From the NCBI RefSeq assembly GCF_006345805.1, contig NW_021834694.1:1-45793 (forward strand): a DNA stretch of 45,793 nt. The letters are read 5' to 3'. The notes under the pieces are model-generated. The model made no database searches. It was not told where the DNA came from and saw only the letters and a program-made list of their open reading frames with translations. Origin of the DNA: Octopus sinensis (lineage: Eukaryota). Each line of letters starts with the position of its first letter. Position 1 is the stretch's first letter. The translations under genes and the position numbers were made by a program. Below are positions 25,566-38,852 of the stretch, one piece after another.

Positions 25566-27200
25566 AGCACAGACGTGGTTGTGTGGTAAGAAGTTTCCTT
25601 CTCAACCACATGTTCCCGGGTTCAATCCCTCTATGTGACATCTTGCGAAAGTGTCTTTTTTTTAGCTTCGGGCCGACCTCAGCTTTGTGAGTGGATTTGG
25701 TAGACAGAAACTGAAAGAAGTCCTTCATATATATATACTAGCATTATGACCCGTCGTTGCCGGGTCATAGTGCTAGTGCATGTATATATGTGTATATGTG
25801 TACATGTGTACATATATGTATATATGTGCATGTATATATGTGTACATATTTCATGTACATCTATATATATACATCTACACATAAAATACAAAATACAAAG
25901 TTATATCTTGATATCGCTAGTGATAACAATACTCAAAATATATAACAGACTGGAATTGTAAGCCCGTCTCTTGCAATTTCGATCAATTGTATCTTGTCCT
26001 CCCTCTTGTATAGAAGTGTGACTACAATCCAGCCTACCTCTACTTCTGGGGGCGGGGGGAATTTTAAATTTTTATCCGCCACGTCCTACGTCCCAGATAT
26101 AAAGGTAAAAATAAAATATTTCCACTTTGCAAGTTCGAGTCGAGTACTCCCTTGCACGCTCCGTTGACTCAAACCTTGCTTCTATTGTGGCGAAGTTACC
26201 GCCTCTGGTTAGATATCTTTCATAGTCGCACCAAGACACTTTTCGATGGTGCTTTCCTCCAGGTGTTCAAATCTTTTTTCTCTACATTGTATACTTTATA
26301 GACAATAGTCTTTTCTTGAATTTAATTTTTTATTGTCTATCTGGACTATTCCATTTCTGCACGCTAATTTTATTTTTAATTTATTCCCATTCATGTGAAA
26401 CCACTTATTCAAGTTCAAGTCATTGATGCAATTTTATACCAATTGCTATTTTTACTTTTGTTATGTTACGATTATATTATACTTTAGTTTGATATTAATT
26501 ATTACTTACTAGATATTATTCAATTGTTATTATTATTTTTATTGTTAAAGTGAAAGTATCTGACATAAAATAGAGAATTGTTTTCGTTTCACTTTTAACA
26601 CGTAATACTGAAATAGTGGAGAAGATATGATATTGCTATGGGCTCGCTCTAGGCAAGAAGTTGAACATGAAACTACATGGACCCTAAGTAAGGCATGTGT
26701 AAAATTTGAATGAAATTGGTTGTGTAGTTCTCAAGTTTTAGGGAATCATATTGGAGAAGATATGATATTGCTGTGGGCTCGCCCTAGGCAAAAAGTTAAA
26801 ACATTTTTTTGCCGATGACACTCACCAGACCCCAAGTAAAGCATGTGTAAAATTTGAATGAAATTGGTCGTGTCGTTCTCAAGTTTTAGGGAAACAGACA
26901 GACAGACAGACAGACAGACACACATTCTCAGTTTTATATATATATGTGTGTGTGCGTGTGTGTGTGCGTGTGTGTGTGCGTGTGTGTGTGCGTGTGTGTG
27001 TGTTTGTCCCCAACCACCGCTTAACAACCGGTGCTGGTGTATTTTCGCCTCGGTAACTTGGTGGTTCCACAAAAGAGACCGATAGAATAAATACCAGTCT
27101 TTAAAGCATTGGGGTTAATTTGTTCGGCTAAGCTTCTCCGAGGCGGAACTCCATCTTGGCTGCTTGTTTGAGCCATTAGACTCAAGATAAAATAAAAGAT
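25566..27200 (+). mobile_element. CORE-type (OR-like) SINE split into 25566-25730 and ~26946-27200 by a Helitron
   Basis: Head gtggttgtgtggtaagaag...gggttcaatccc...gtggatttggtagacagaaactgaaagaag; tail tgtttgtcccc...gaccgatagaataaataccag. Confidence 0.8.
25738..26945 (-). mobile_element. Non-autonomous Helitron (~1.2 kb)
   Basis: The minus strand begins tatatataaaactgagaatgtgtgtctgtctgtc and ends gacccggcaacgacgggtc-ataatg-CTAG|T. Internal tandem duplication at 26618-26745/26753-26893. Confidence 0.75.
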
Positions 27201-27604
27201 AAAATACACAACAGACTGCGTATTGCCTACTATGTAAATACAGAGGACCTATTGGTGTTTTCCTTAATTAATTTTCCTCGCGGTCAAGCATACACGTCAG
27301 CAGCTGTGAATCTTCTAATTGATAAGCAAATAAATGCTACACCAAAATATGCACACCACCTTTAAGCTTGATAGCAGAGAGCTGAACATCTTCCTAAATT
27401 GCGATGATTAAGTTTGTCAGCAAGTGCTCCACTTGTCTGAAATTGGCTATTTTCACCTAAATATTATTTTAAATTATAAAGCACTTGATATAAAAAACTT
27501 GTTTGTTTTTACTAGAGACATTTAATCAAGTTTCCCAGACTCGATTCCACATTGCTTTGCGTGAGGAATGTTTTTCATTTCCATCCAAATTATTCTCTCG
27601 AATG

Positions 27605-27633
27605 CACTACTACTACTACTACTACTACTACTA

Positions 27634-27685
<52 letters not shown>

Positions 27686-27735
27686 ACTACTACTGCTGCT
27701 GCTGCGGCTGCTGTGGTGGCTGCTGTTGTTGCTGC
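27605..27735. repeat. Compound (CTA)n/(CTG)n trinucleotide repeat
   Basis: Directly visible. Confidence 0.9.
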
Positions 27736-27916
27736 AAGTGGGCAAGATCAGTTTTCTTCATGTCCACTTGTAAATATTTTCTTATATATTTTCGAAAGTC
27801 TGGTACTTATTCTATCGGCTTCTTTTTTCCAAACCGGTAAGTTACAGGGCCGTAAACAAACCAGCATTCGTCGTCAAGGTGTTGGATGGTGTGATAGACA
27901 AACACAAAGACATATG

Positions 27917-28819
27917 CAGGATTTTCGGGCGAAATTTGACGGTGTTTTATGTCTCCTCTTTTTCAGAAACAATTTGGTCTATTGAGAAACAATCAACGGC
28001 ATTGGAGAGCATAAATTAAAAATTGTATGGAGGACTGCGAGCCGTCTGAATATAGGGAAAGAATACTTGTACCATGATGATTTGTATCGAGCGTCAAAAT
28101 GTTCATATTAAAGACTGCTTCTCAATGCTCTGTGAAGGCTGTATGACGTGACATGGATATCTGCAACATAGGTTGTATGATGTGACATGGATATCTGCAA
28201 CATAGGTTGTATGATGTGACATGGATATCTGCAACAGAATCTCTGAAGGCTTGGCCATCAGGGAGGAGACATCAGGCATTCTAACTGCGTTTGACTACCG
28301 GAAGTCATCCGCACATCTTTGAACAGGGCTTTAGGCTCAGTTCAGACGGCTATATGAAGCTGCTGAAGGCTAAGATCAAACTCTGGTTGAAGAGGATTGC
28401 TGTTAGAATTCCATACGTGTGGTAGCAGGATTAAGCTCCTTGCCACACCTCTAGAAAGTGTCAGATGTCTTTGACGGAGAATTTATACGACTTCATTTGC
28501 TCTGATTTTTTACTTCCTTTTGTAATGTCATAGATTACTCTGTGTGGGGGACACGACTGACAAAGACACCAACAGCTCTGCCTACATCACCAAGGCCGAA
28601 CTAGTGGCCAAGATCAAGGAGGTGTACAAAGGACAGTGTACAGGGACACAGTGACAAACGCAAGGCTGTGGTAGAGTAAACTTTGAGTAAACTTTTATCT
28701 CCAGCCATAATCTAGTTGATAGATTTTGTAAAATTTTAAAAATACTTTTATTTCTGGAACGGATATTGTATTTTCTTTTACCTTCCATGCAAACTGTCAA
28801 ATTTGACCCGAAAATCCTG
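27917..28819 (+). mobile_element. Decayed Tc1/mariner-superfamily transposon (maT/DD37D-like) with both TIRs, nested in a minus-strand SINE (27795-28950)
   Basis: 27-bp TIRs caggattttcgggcgaaatttgacggt / actgtcaaatttgacccgaaaatcctg. Remnants QD*APCHTSRKCQ and DYSVWG..DTNSSAYITKAELVAKIKEV. Confidence 0.85.
28137..28236. repeat. 34-bp tandem repeat x~3
   Basis: Unit ggttgtatgatgtgacatggatatctgcaacata. Confidence 0.95.
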
Positions 28820-31416
28820 TATGCGACAAGCTTTCACAAGGCGTTAGTCGGTCTGGATGGTGTAGAAGATGCTTGCCCAAGTTACCTCGCAGTGGGACAG
28901 AAGTCAAAACCATGGGGTTGCAAAATGAGCTTCTTAACCAGACAGCTTTCTTTGTACTCTAGTTAAGAGTTTTAAAAAATAACGCTCGAGCACATGAGAA
29001 TCATGACATCAAAACGCTATCAATCATTTTAATGCTGCTCGTTATTCTTTAAAAATTTTCTTTTTATAACCAGAGACAAATCTCAATTTGTTATCTCTGT
29101 ACCGCATTTTGTTGATTGTATAACACAGAGCAGACATTATACACTATCTTTGCAGTACTACGATATTTCTTTATATGTTCTTCACACTGTTTTAACTTCG
29201 CCATCTTGTCCCAACGCCGTATAACGACGTCAACGGCGCCATGTTTTATCTCATGAATTAGTCGGTATTTCTCGTGTGTTGTGATTTGTTTCAGAAGCAA
29301 GATGTATAATATAATGATAATGTAACTCACAATCATTTTATCATAATTTCTTCAAGCAATTTAACGTTCGAGTTGGCTCTTGACAGGTTTTAAATCCTAT
29401 GTTTCATGTTAGCAGGCGACAGAACTATGGTGAAATGTCACCACAGCCTGACATCAATAGAAGAAGTGAAAAATGTACGCATTACAAATGCAGCAATCGT
29501 TGCATGTTTTGCAATAGATGTTGCCGTAACTCCTTTTGTTTACTCTCGTTGTGATTGGTTAATACAGCAGTAGCTTTAGACTGCATTATTGATTGTATTG
29601 ATACTGTTGTGGTTGTTGTTGCTACTATTACTGTTGCTGTGTTGATTTTGTTGTTGTTACTGTTGTTGCAGTTGTTGTGGTTGTTGATGTTGTTGTTGTT
29701 CAGTCCTAAGATAACGACGACACATCCGTGTGAAAACCTATTCCAGCCGTGACATCTTGTTTTTTTTTTGTAATATAGCCATCTCCCCAAAGAAATATTG
29801 GCTCCGTTTTCAAGGAATTTGGTTACAATTTCCAGCATGTAGAGTGTCTACATGGAGAACTCTACGTTGACTTGAAATCGTTGCTGAAGTTTAGCCCAGG
29901 CTAGCTCCGACATCACAAATCCACGATCAAAATCATTCCAGCCGTGACTATTACGTATGTATTCAGGAACATTGAATCAATGTTTTCTTTATCCATCGTG
30001 TCCTCTTTATTGTTATAAAGGAATAACGGCAAAGTGTAATTTATGGGAGATTTGGCTGCTATTTCTAGCAAGTAGATCGCTCACATAGTGGTCCCCTATT
30101 GGTTCCGTGATTGTAAAGTGATGATGTTATTGTTGTTGTTCTTATTCAAATTTAAATCTGACTCAGTACTGACGCGTATACGTATAAACAAAAGCATTCC
30201 TACCATGACCATCACGATTTTCTCAGTTGTTTAAATAACTCATTCAAAGCATTTACCTCCCTTTCAAGATGGCGTGTGTGTTTGTGTGTGATCTTATGTG
30301 CATCTGTGTGTATGTGTGCGTGAGAGTGTGTGGGGGTGCGCGTGGGCGAAATTGAGGGACCATGTTGGCTGCTGTTTCTGGCAAATCACGCTCGTACCTC
30401 TTCATTTATAGCTGCTGACGTTGCTGTCGATTGTCTTGTAATAACAAACATCTCAAATTTGTCAGGATTAGACTACAACAATGTGAGAACTGCACCAGTT
30501 CCATTATCCTGCTTTCAAGACAAACATGCATTTTCTCGTAACGTCACCATTGACCTAAGATTCAACTTGCTTTTGCAACTTCAATATTCGGGTACATCAT
30601 CAGTGCTGTATCCTAGGATTACTGGATGTTTCGGCTCTTACAGCACGAACTCTTGTTCAGGCAACTCGATTTAGGTTGGTTAAGCCAAAGCTTTGAAGTG
30701 ACATCCTACTGATACTTATCGATCTCGCGTTTGCAGCGAAAGCCATCTAGAAGTTTTTTTCAGGAGCGTCTACATTGTCCTTCATGTCTCTTCTCATTTG
30801 TACAATGCCCAGGGTTCAATCAGCCTTTTTCAAGATACAACCTGTGAACCCTCGACTACAAACTTCCATTGACAAGAACCTAGTTTTCCAGCCATTCTTG
30901 AGGTAGTCCTTCACCAGTAAAAATAAATCATATCGAATTTGGTTCAAAGAATAGTATTAAAAATAGCCTAACAGAATGGTATAGAAGAAAATGAAGAACA
31001 TTCAAAACGTTGGCGTCAGTAACGTCTGTCGCCAGTAACACCTGCGCCTATGGTGCCAGCAATATCTGAAACCTATAACGGCTGGTTCGCTTAAAGCACA
31101 ACAATGAACAATCGATAAGAGAGCCGATCGTATATACTCATTGGCCGTACTAGAAATAGCAGTAAAACCTTCCTTGCCTGTAGCTTCGAATAGCAGGCTG
31201 CTATCTTGAAAAATAAAAGGACACATTGAATATTGTACTCCAATGTGCACTATGCCCGAAAAAACAGCAAGCAGGATGGTCATATGGACTATCTATGTGT
31301 TAACGAGTTAGGTCCGACATGAGGGTAAATTAGAAAAACAAAGCGACGACGTCAAAGACCAGGACGATAACCAAGATGTTGATCCTGCCGCCTCGGCTGC
31401 CATTACCGTCAGTGAC

Positions 31417-31447
<31 letters not shown>

Positions 31448-31465
31448 TGCATGCATGTATGTATG

Positions 31466-31514
<49 letters not shown>

Positions 31515-31522
31515 GTATGTAA

Positions 31523-31556
<34 letters not shown>

Positions 31557-31888
31557 ATACATATATATATATATATAATGTACATGGAGGCATATAATAT
31601 ACAATATATTCATATAAACAATAAATATATATATATTTATATGTATGTAAATATATGTATATATATATATATATATACACGTATAAAAAAAACCTTTTAT
31701 TCCTTGTTTGAACATTCATTGTATGCACAATCCATTCCATTGTATGTAGGTATGTTTCTATTTATATATATGTATATACATAGAGACACATGCATATATG
31801 TATATATCTGTTTGTGTACGGGCGAGTACATACATATGTGTGTGTACATATATATCTCTGCTGTATGTGTATATACATATATCCATAA

Positions 31889-31937
<49 letters not shown>

Positions 31938-31991
31938 TATCAGTACATATACGTATGTATATTTATCTATACACATATACACATAAATATG

Positions 31992-32039
<48 letters not shown>

Positions 32040-32190
32040 CGTGTGTGCGCGCATGTCGTCTGTAAGCGTGTATGTATTCATAAACCAATCGCATGTCTTT
32101 ACATTTGACTCAATTCCAAAGAGGTTTCCATTCCATTTCGAAAAGGGAATATAAATCTAGAATCTAAAAAATCTCATATAAGATACAAAT

Positions 32191-32229
<39 letters not shown>

Positions 32230-32603
32230 TATATAACAAAGCATCAACGCATTACCGACATTTACATTACATCGAATTGCCTATATTGTAAATATAAATA
32301 GATAAATAAACAAGGAAAGAAGTAAGACTAAAAAAATAATCTAATTGAGTTTGAAATTTTCAGACATCTCGGAAGCAAGAGGTAATTTCCCCTTTTTAGA
32401 AATCAACGTCTGAAGTAAGCAGACGACACAAGAGTACATCACATTTAAACGCATTAAATAATGGTTTCTTTCAGCAGCACAATGCCACGTATACCGGTGT
32501 GAAGGTAACGACGATCATATCGACACGCTCATATTTCACTTGTACCATTGTTTTCTTAACGACAAGCAAGTACAGATGGATACATAGATAGATAGACAGA
32601 TAG

Positions 32604-32652
<49 letters not shown>

Positions 32653-32655
32653 CAC

Positions 32656-32701
<46 letters not shown>

Positions 32702-33034
32702 GTATATGTACCTGCTAACCGCTATATATATAAACAAGTTATAAACAAAAGCGAAGAACATTTGTTAGATTGATTAGTTTAATGTGCCCTTGGCTGACGG
32801 AATGCGATAATCTTGAAATATCGAGTGTCCCAGGCCCCCCTTGCGCTAATGAATCGAGTGTATTATAAACACACATTCCTCTTAAATTTGTTCTCTTGTG
32901 ATAAAAAAAATAACAAACAACAACAGCGATTAGCATATTCGCGCTCGAATCTGCCGGAATGTATTATGAATAATTATGTAAGTCACCTTTTAATTCTCTC
33001 TATACTACATCGTACATATGGCGATTTATCACAA

Positions 33035-33073
<39 letters not shown>

Positions 33074-33214
33074 GGTAATAATGCTTTGCAACTTCGTAAT
33101 AATCATTATCATTGTTATTGCTAATATTACATACTCCTGGAAGCCTATATGGTTAAGCTAATATATTCAGAATATATTAAGGTAATATATTCAGAATTCT
33201 AAATATAAATCTAA

Positions 33215-33379
33215 TATTTCGTCTGTCTTTATGTTCTGAGTTCAAATTACGCCGAGGTCGCCTTTGCCTTTCATTCTTTCGAGGTCGATAAATTAAGTAC
33301 CAGTTGCGTACTGGTGTCGATCTAATCGATTGGCCCCTTCCCCAAAATGTCGGGCTTTGTGCCTAGAGTAGAAAAGAAT
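33215..33379 (+). mobile_element. 5'-truncated Meta/MESC-like SINE
   Basis: tatttcgtctgtctttatgttctgagttcaaat...gtgcctagagtagaaaagaat. Confidence 0.88.
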
Positions 33380-33423
33380 AACAAACAATTATCAACTTCC
33401 CAGTCTTCATTTTCTTTTTCTTC

Positions 33424-33500
33424 TCGTAAAAGAACTCAGAACTCCAACTGGGCTTTTCGTTATACCCTTAAAGCAAATAACTTTTCAGCACCCCTTTGTA
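33424..33500. mobile_element. Right half of the mariner-type MITE family
   Basis: gtaaaagaactcaga...cccttaaagcaaataacttttcagcacccctttgTA. Confidence 0.7.
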
Positions 33501-33714
33501 TAGCGTACCGAACATGATTTGGCAATCGTTCAGGCTCAAATAATGTTATCTAAGCGTGAAAAATTTCTGCATTGAACACGGTATTCTACACAAGCCCGTC
33601 TGATTACTGAACTATTCAAAAACATGAAAATTGCAGTAGGTCACGTGTGACTCCTGTACTCATTGAATGATATTTATCTCATGTAGGATTGCGTGCTCAT
33701 TGCTGATCCTATCA

Positions 33715-33762
<48 letters not shown>

Positions 33763-35590
33763 ACATACACACATGCACACACACACATGTTGTTTATGAT
33801 TTCTTCTGTTACGTAGCTCTGTTCTTCACTTTTTGGCGTTTTGGAGATCTCTTGTAACCACTTAGTATTTTCCCCGTGGTAGTTCGATATCTTCTTAAAA
33901 CAGCAAAACTTGATTTCCCTGGTGAATATTGGTTAATACTTTGCTAGTTTGGACCAATTCCTAAGACAGCAAAGGATTTGGTGTGAAAGCAACAGTGGCT
34001 GGAGTTAGTGATGAAGAATGTCGGAATGGTGGTAGTCATATTAAGAAGCAAAGTAAAAGAAACCGTTCCAATATCCATCGTCTCGATTCTACCAAAATCC
34101 ATCAGTACCAACGCTATAGCAGCCATTACTACAATTCTACCACAACATTCACATCAACATGACATATTAAATGACCATTATCTTCGCTTTAAAAGAAACT
34201 TGTACATCAAAGAATCATCAAATACTTTTAGAACAATGCGATAAAAGAAAATTCAATAGATTCTTTTGAAAATTGCGTTCTAAATAAATATTTTATTTTT
34301 TTAGAAGTTAAATTAAAACTACTTTAGAAATTTAATCACAAGAAAAAAAAAGTCGATCGAAAAACGTAGGACGAAAAAAATATATAAATAAATAAAATAA
34401 AATAAAATAATGGAAGAAATTATAACAGTGAGAACTAAAGTATACTGGAAGTGTTGTGTGTGTTAGAATAATTGTTATTTGTATAAGAAAGATTCGAGAA
34501 AATGGAAGAAAAAGTAAGATTGATGTTATTCAAATGTATTTTCAAATAAAGAAAGTGAGAAACAAATATTGAGCAGAAGACGTTTTGTTGATTATTTTAA
34601 ACAAGAAAAATAGAAAAAAACCCAATCAAAGCAAAAAGAAACCAGAATACAAAACAAAAAACAAAAGTCACTCGTTGTTTCAAGCAGGCGACATTTTAAA
34701 CATCCATTTCTCTTATATAGTTATTCGTCCAACTTAATTTCTTTCTATGTATTCTTACACAAACCTATTTATCTATGTATCTTACCAATCGAGCCATCTA
34801 AATTTCGTTGTCTGCTTCTTTATTCACCTATCTAGCTATCCAACTGTTTACCTATCTAAATCTTTAAATATACATCTGCGTATAAACGTATAAAACTAAC
34901 TTTATTTACTCCACCTACCTTTCTATCCTTTCAATTAATACACAAACACATTTTTGTCTTTTTTTCCTCAAAGTCTTGCATTTTTTTCTCTTAGACACGA
35001 ATACTTTCTATCTCTCTAATACTTCTGTCTTATATGGTGCGAATGTGTGTGTCTATGTGTGCTGAGAGTGTGTGTATCTGCACGTTTGTGTGTCTGCATC
35101 GATTTATATGTATATATTTACGCATATATATAAATGCGCGTGTATTTGTGCGCAGGTTTGTGTGCGTGTTAATGTGTGTCTGTAGATATATATACATTTA
35201 TGTACGTATATGTGTATATAAATATATATATATATATATATATGCACATACATACATAAAACTAAACATACAAATGTGCACATATGCATACATACATACA
35301 CATACATACATACACATACATACATACAAAAATACCCTGTTGATGTTGTTGAAATTCCGATGAAGGAGCCTTGGATCTTGGTTAGAAACCGGCTTTTTCT
35401 CTACTGTTGAGAATCTTGAAATAAAACTAAATAATGACACACACACACAGGCGCGCGCGCACACACACACACAGATTCAAATACATTGCATTCTGTTCGA
35501 ATTACAGTGTATCCTAACCAAGAGTTCTATTATCTAACGATTTGTTTGATGTTTATCTAACGATTTTTTTAATGTTTATTTTCTGTGTTT

Positions 35591-36170
35591 GAGGTCGACA
35601 TTGCCTTTCATCCTTTCGGGATCGATAAATTAAGTGACAGTTGCGTACTGGGGGTCAATCTAATCGACTGACCCCCCTCCCCCAAAAGTTCGGGCCTTGT
35701 GCCTAGAGTAGAGAAGGAAAGAATTTCACGATTGAATCAACTGCAACTCTTGTCGTAACCGACTGAATGCCAAAATGACACGGTATTTCTTCTGATGTTC
35801 TACGCTCTTGGTTCAAATCTCATTTTGGTCAAGTTTGCCTTTCTTTTCTCCAGGGTCAGTGAAAACAAGTAATGGGCAACCTGCTATGACCGATGGTATC
35901 GTCTAACCCTCTCCCCAAATCTACTGGCCTTGCGTTTGAATCGAAACCAGGTACTACTTGTCATTAAGGTAGTGGTTAGAGCATTGGACAAAATAGCTTA
36001 ACGCTATCCCTTCCGACATATTACGTTCTAGGTTCAAATCCTGTCTGAACCATCTTCGACTTTTATACGCCCGTGATCGATAAATTAAAGTACTGAAAAG
36101 TTCAGAAGACGAAGGTATCAGTTAAATTCCTTACCTCAAAGTCCCTGGTCTTGGGCCTAAATAATAAATA
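35591..36170 (+). mobile_element. Cluster of Meta/MESC-like SINE remnants of differing age
   Basis: A clear partial copy at 35591-35717 and diverged copies at ~35770-35950 and ~35966-36170. Confidence 0.7.
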
Positions 36171-36969
36171 TTTTTTACACCTCAACTACCGGAAATCCTG
36201 CTAAAATTTGTCACACACGTGTGTTTAATCTAGTCATATCTGAATTGACATCCAAAATAACGTCTATCCATCTTTTCCATAATTCTAATTAAGAATTTTT
36301 ATTATTGCACGGAATATTATTAGATTTTCTGTTTTTTCCTTAACGTTAGACAGTTTTAAAATATCCCTTTAGCTATTTTTGTTTATTTCGTAAAAAAACG
36401 TGTTATTGGATTATAAATTACCTTATCGCATCCTTGTTAGGATTTCTACACGTCTTTGAGTTTATGGATCACGCCAGAACACTTTCCACATCACATTCTT
36501 TCTCTCTCCATCACATTTTCTCTCTTTCTTTGTTAATCCTTAAAGCAAACATCATATCGCAAACTAAAGACACACATTTTGCGTAGTTGCAAGACATATT
36601 TGTAATATCAGTCAAATGTCTCTCAAAAAACGGGACATCTCGGATAAGATACAGAGTTATCTATACACTTTACTGTTGGAACTTTTTCAATCATTGGACT
36701 GCGATCATGCTGAAGCATGGGCTTGTTGAGTTAGACAAAAAAAATTGGTCCTAGTAATTGTTGCAAGTTTGTTACTTGATCGTCATTAGGCGAACCACTA
36801 AGTTACAGGGCCGTAAACAAACTGTACCAATTGTCAGGTAATGATGGTGGGTATCAGTGTAGGGCAAATGTAAGCAGAAAGACACAGAAACCCTCACACA
36901 TTCATATACATATTCATATACATATATATACATATATATACATATACATATACATATACATACATACAT

Positions 36970-37026
<57 letters not shown>

Positions 37027-37072
37027 TATATATAACATATACATATACATATATACATATACATATATATAT

Positions 37073-37386
37073 ATTCTTTTATTCTTTTACTTGTTTTAGA
37101 AATTTAACTGCGGCCATGCGACGTCAGAACTTATTCTTTGTAAGCCTAGTACATATTCTATCGGAAACATGAACATCGATTGTCAAGCGATGGAGGGGGG
37201 CGGGTCAAACACACACACATATGCGAGGAGCTTCTTTCAGTTTCCGTCTAACAAATCCACTCACAAGGACTTGGTGGTCCGTGACTATAACAGAAGACAC
37301 TTGCCCAAAGTGCCACGCGGTGGGACTGAACCCGGAACCATGTGGATGGTAAGCTAGCTACTTACCACACAGCCACTCCTGCGTCT
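37073..37386 (-). mobile_element. CORE-type (OR-like) SINE
   Basis: ttctttcagtttccgtctaacaaatccactcacaagg...gggactgaacccggaacca...ttaccacacagccactcctgcg. Confidence 0.88.
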
Positions 37387-37747
37387 GTATACACACACAC
37401 ACACACACACACACCACGCACGCACACACTCAAACACCACCACAACACAAACACACGCACACACTCAACAACACCACACACACACACACACACACACACA
37501 ACACAAACACACGCATGCTCAATCATGTTTAACCCTTTCGTGTACATTCTGAAACTGAAGGACAATACACTGCAAAAATTCTAGAGAGAGCGTAAATGAT
37601 GCTTCTAGACGATACGGGTATAAACACCGCTAGGCCATGAATGACGTAGGACGCATGCATTTCTGCGTCCTTACACTTCGTCAACTACGTACACTAAGCC
37701 GTTGTTCATAGCCACTAACAGCTCTTCGGTCTTACAATAGACTGTAT

Positions 37748-38032
37748 ATATGTATGTATGTATGCATGTATGTATGTATGCATGTATGTATGTATGTATG
37801 TATGTATGTATGTATGTATGTATGTATGTACGTACGTACGTATGTATGTATGTACGTATGTATGTATGTATGTATGTATGTATGTATGTATGTATGAATG
37901 TGTGTATGTATGTATGTATGTATGCATGTATGTATGTATGCATGTATGCATGTATGTATGTATATATGTATGTATGTATGTATGTACGTACGTATGTATG
38001 TACGTACGTACGTATGTATGTATGTATGTATA
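37748..38032. repeat. (ATGT)n microsatellite
   Basis: Directly visible. Confidence 0.95.
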
Positions 38033-38156
38033 TACATAACTTTAAATGTATGCGTGTATGTATTTACGTTGGTATCAATCAATCAATCAACCAATATATT
38101 AATATATCTATTTATCTATCTGTATATCTGTCTGTGCGTCCGTCCGTCTGTCTGCC

Positions 38157-38189
<33 letters not shown>

Positions 38190-38852
38190 TAACGACTCGT
38201 TACCACACATTTTCTGTCTGGCAAATTCACTTCCCAAGGCAACGCTAAATCTGAGGGTCATAATAAGATCTACTTGTCGAAGGTACTGCAGAATGGTACT
38301 GAACGCGAAATTTTGTTGATGCGAAGGGTACTTTTTTTAGCCACACACCAATATCTACGTCTATAGGTCACAGCGGGAATGTTTTTTTCTTTTTGCTTTT
38401 TATTATGAGATTGCTGTATTATTGTATACTTGTGTCTAAACAACAGTAAAATTAACCATATCACACTGTCTCATATAAAACATTATCTTCATAAGTGTCA
38501 GGATATTTTAGACTGGACTTCTTTGACCAAATGTTTGTCGGGTCAGAATCAATTAGACATTAAAGAAGAAGAAAGAAAAACCAACAACAAACATCATTAC
38601 ACCGCATGGGATTTAAGCGTAACTACGTCAGATGGTAAGACATGATAAAAAAAACCCCAAACAAACCCCCAGCAAGACTTAACCCTTCTCCAGGTCAAAG
38701 CATTTTCATGAGTCCTGTCCTAAAGGTCCATGGTTGTTTTCTTACGTTCTGGGTAATATAAAGCTGTCCTTTCAAAAAACCCAAATTACTGTGGTGGTTG
38801 AAAAATTATTGGGAATGTGTATCGTATATGAAGCATAGATGCCAGAAAACAA

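Noticed and set aside
27503-27985. PolyT/polyA-containing ORF resembling a transcription-factor low-complexity region
   Set aside because: A compound trinucleotide repeat running into SINE and transposon sequence.
28137-28236. CRISPR-like 34-bp repeats
   Set aside because: No spacers, no cas genes, and a eukaryotic context.
30330-30674. 114-aa non-repetitive ORF
   Set aside because: No ATG start and no recognisable motif; overlaps old repeat remnants.
37650-37673. 8-bp hairpin aggacgca-tgcatttc-tgcgtcct
   Set aside because: Isolated and short enough to be chance; no supporting context.
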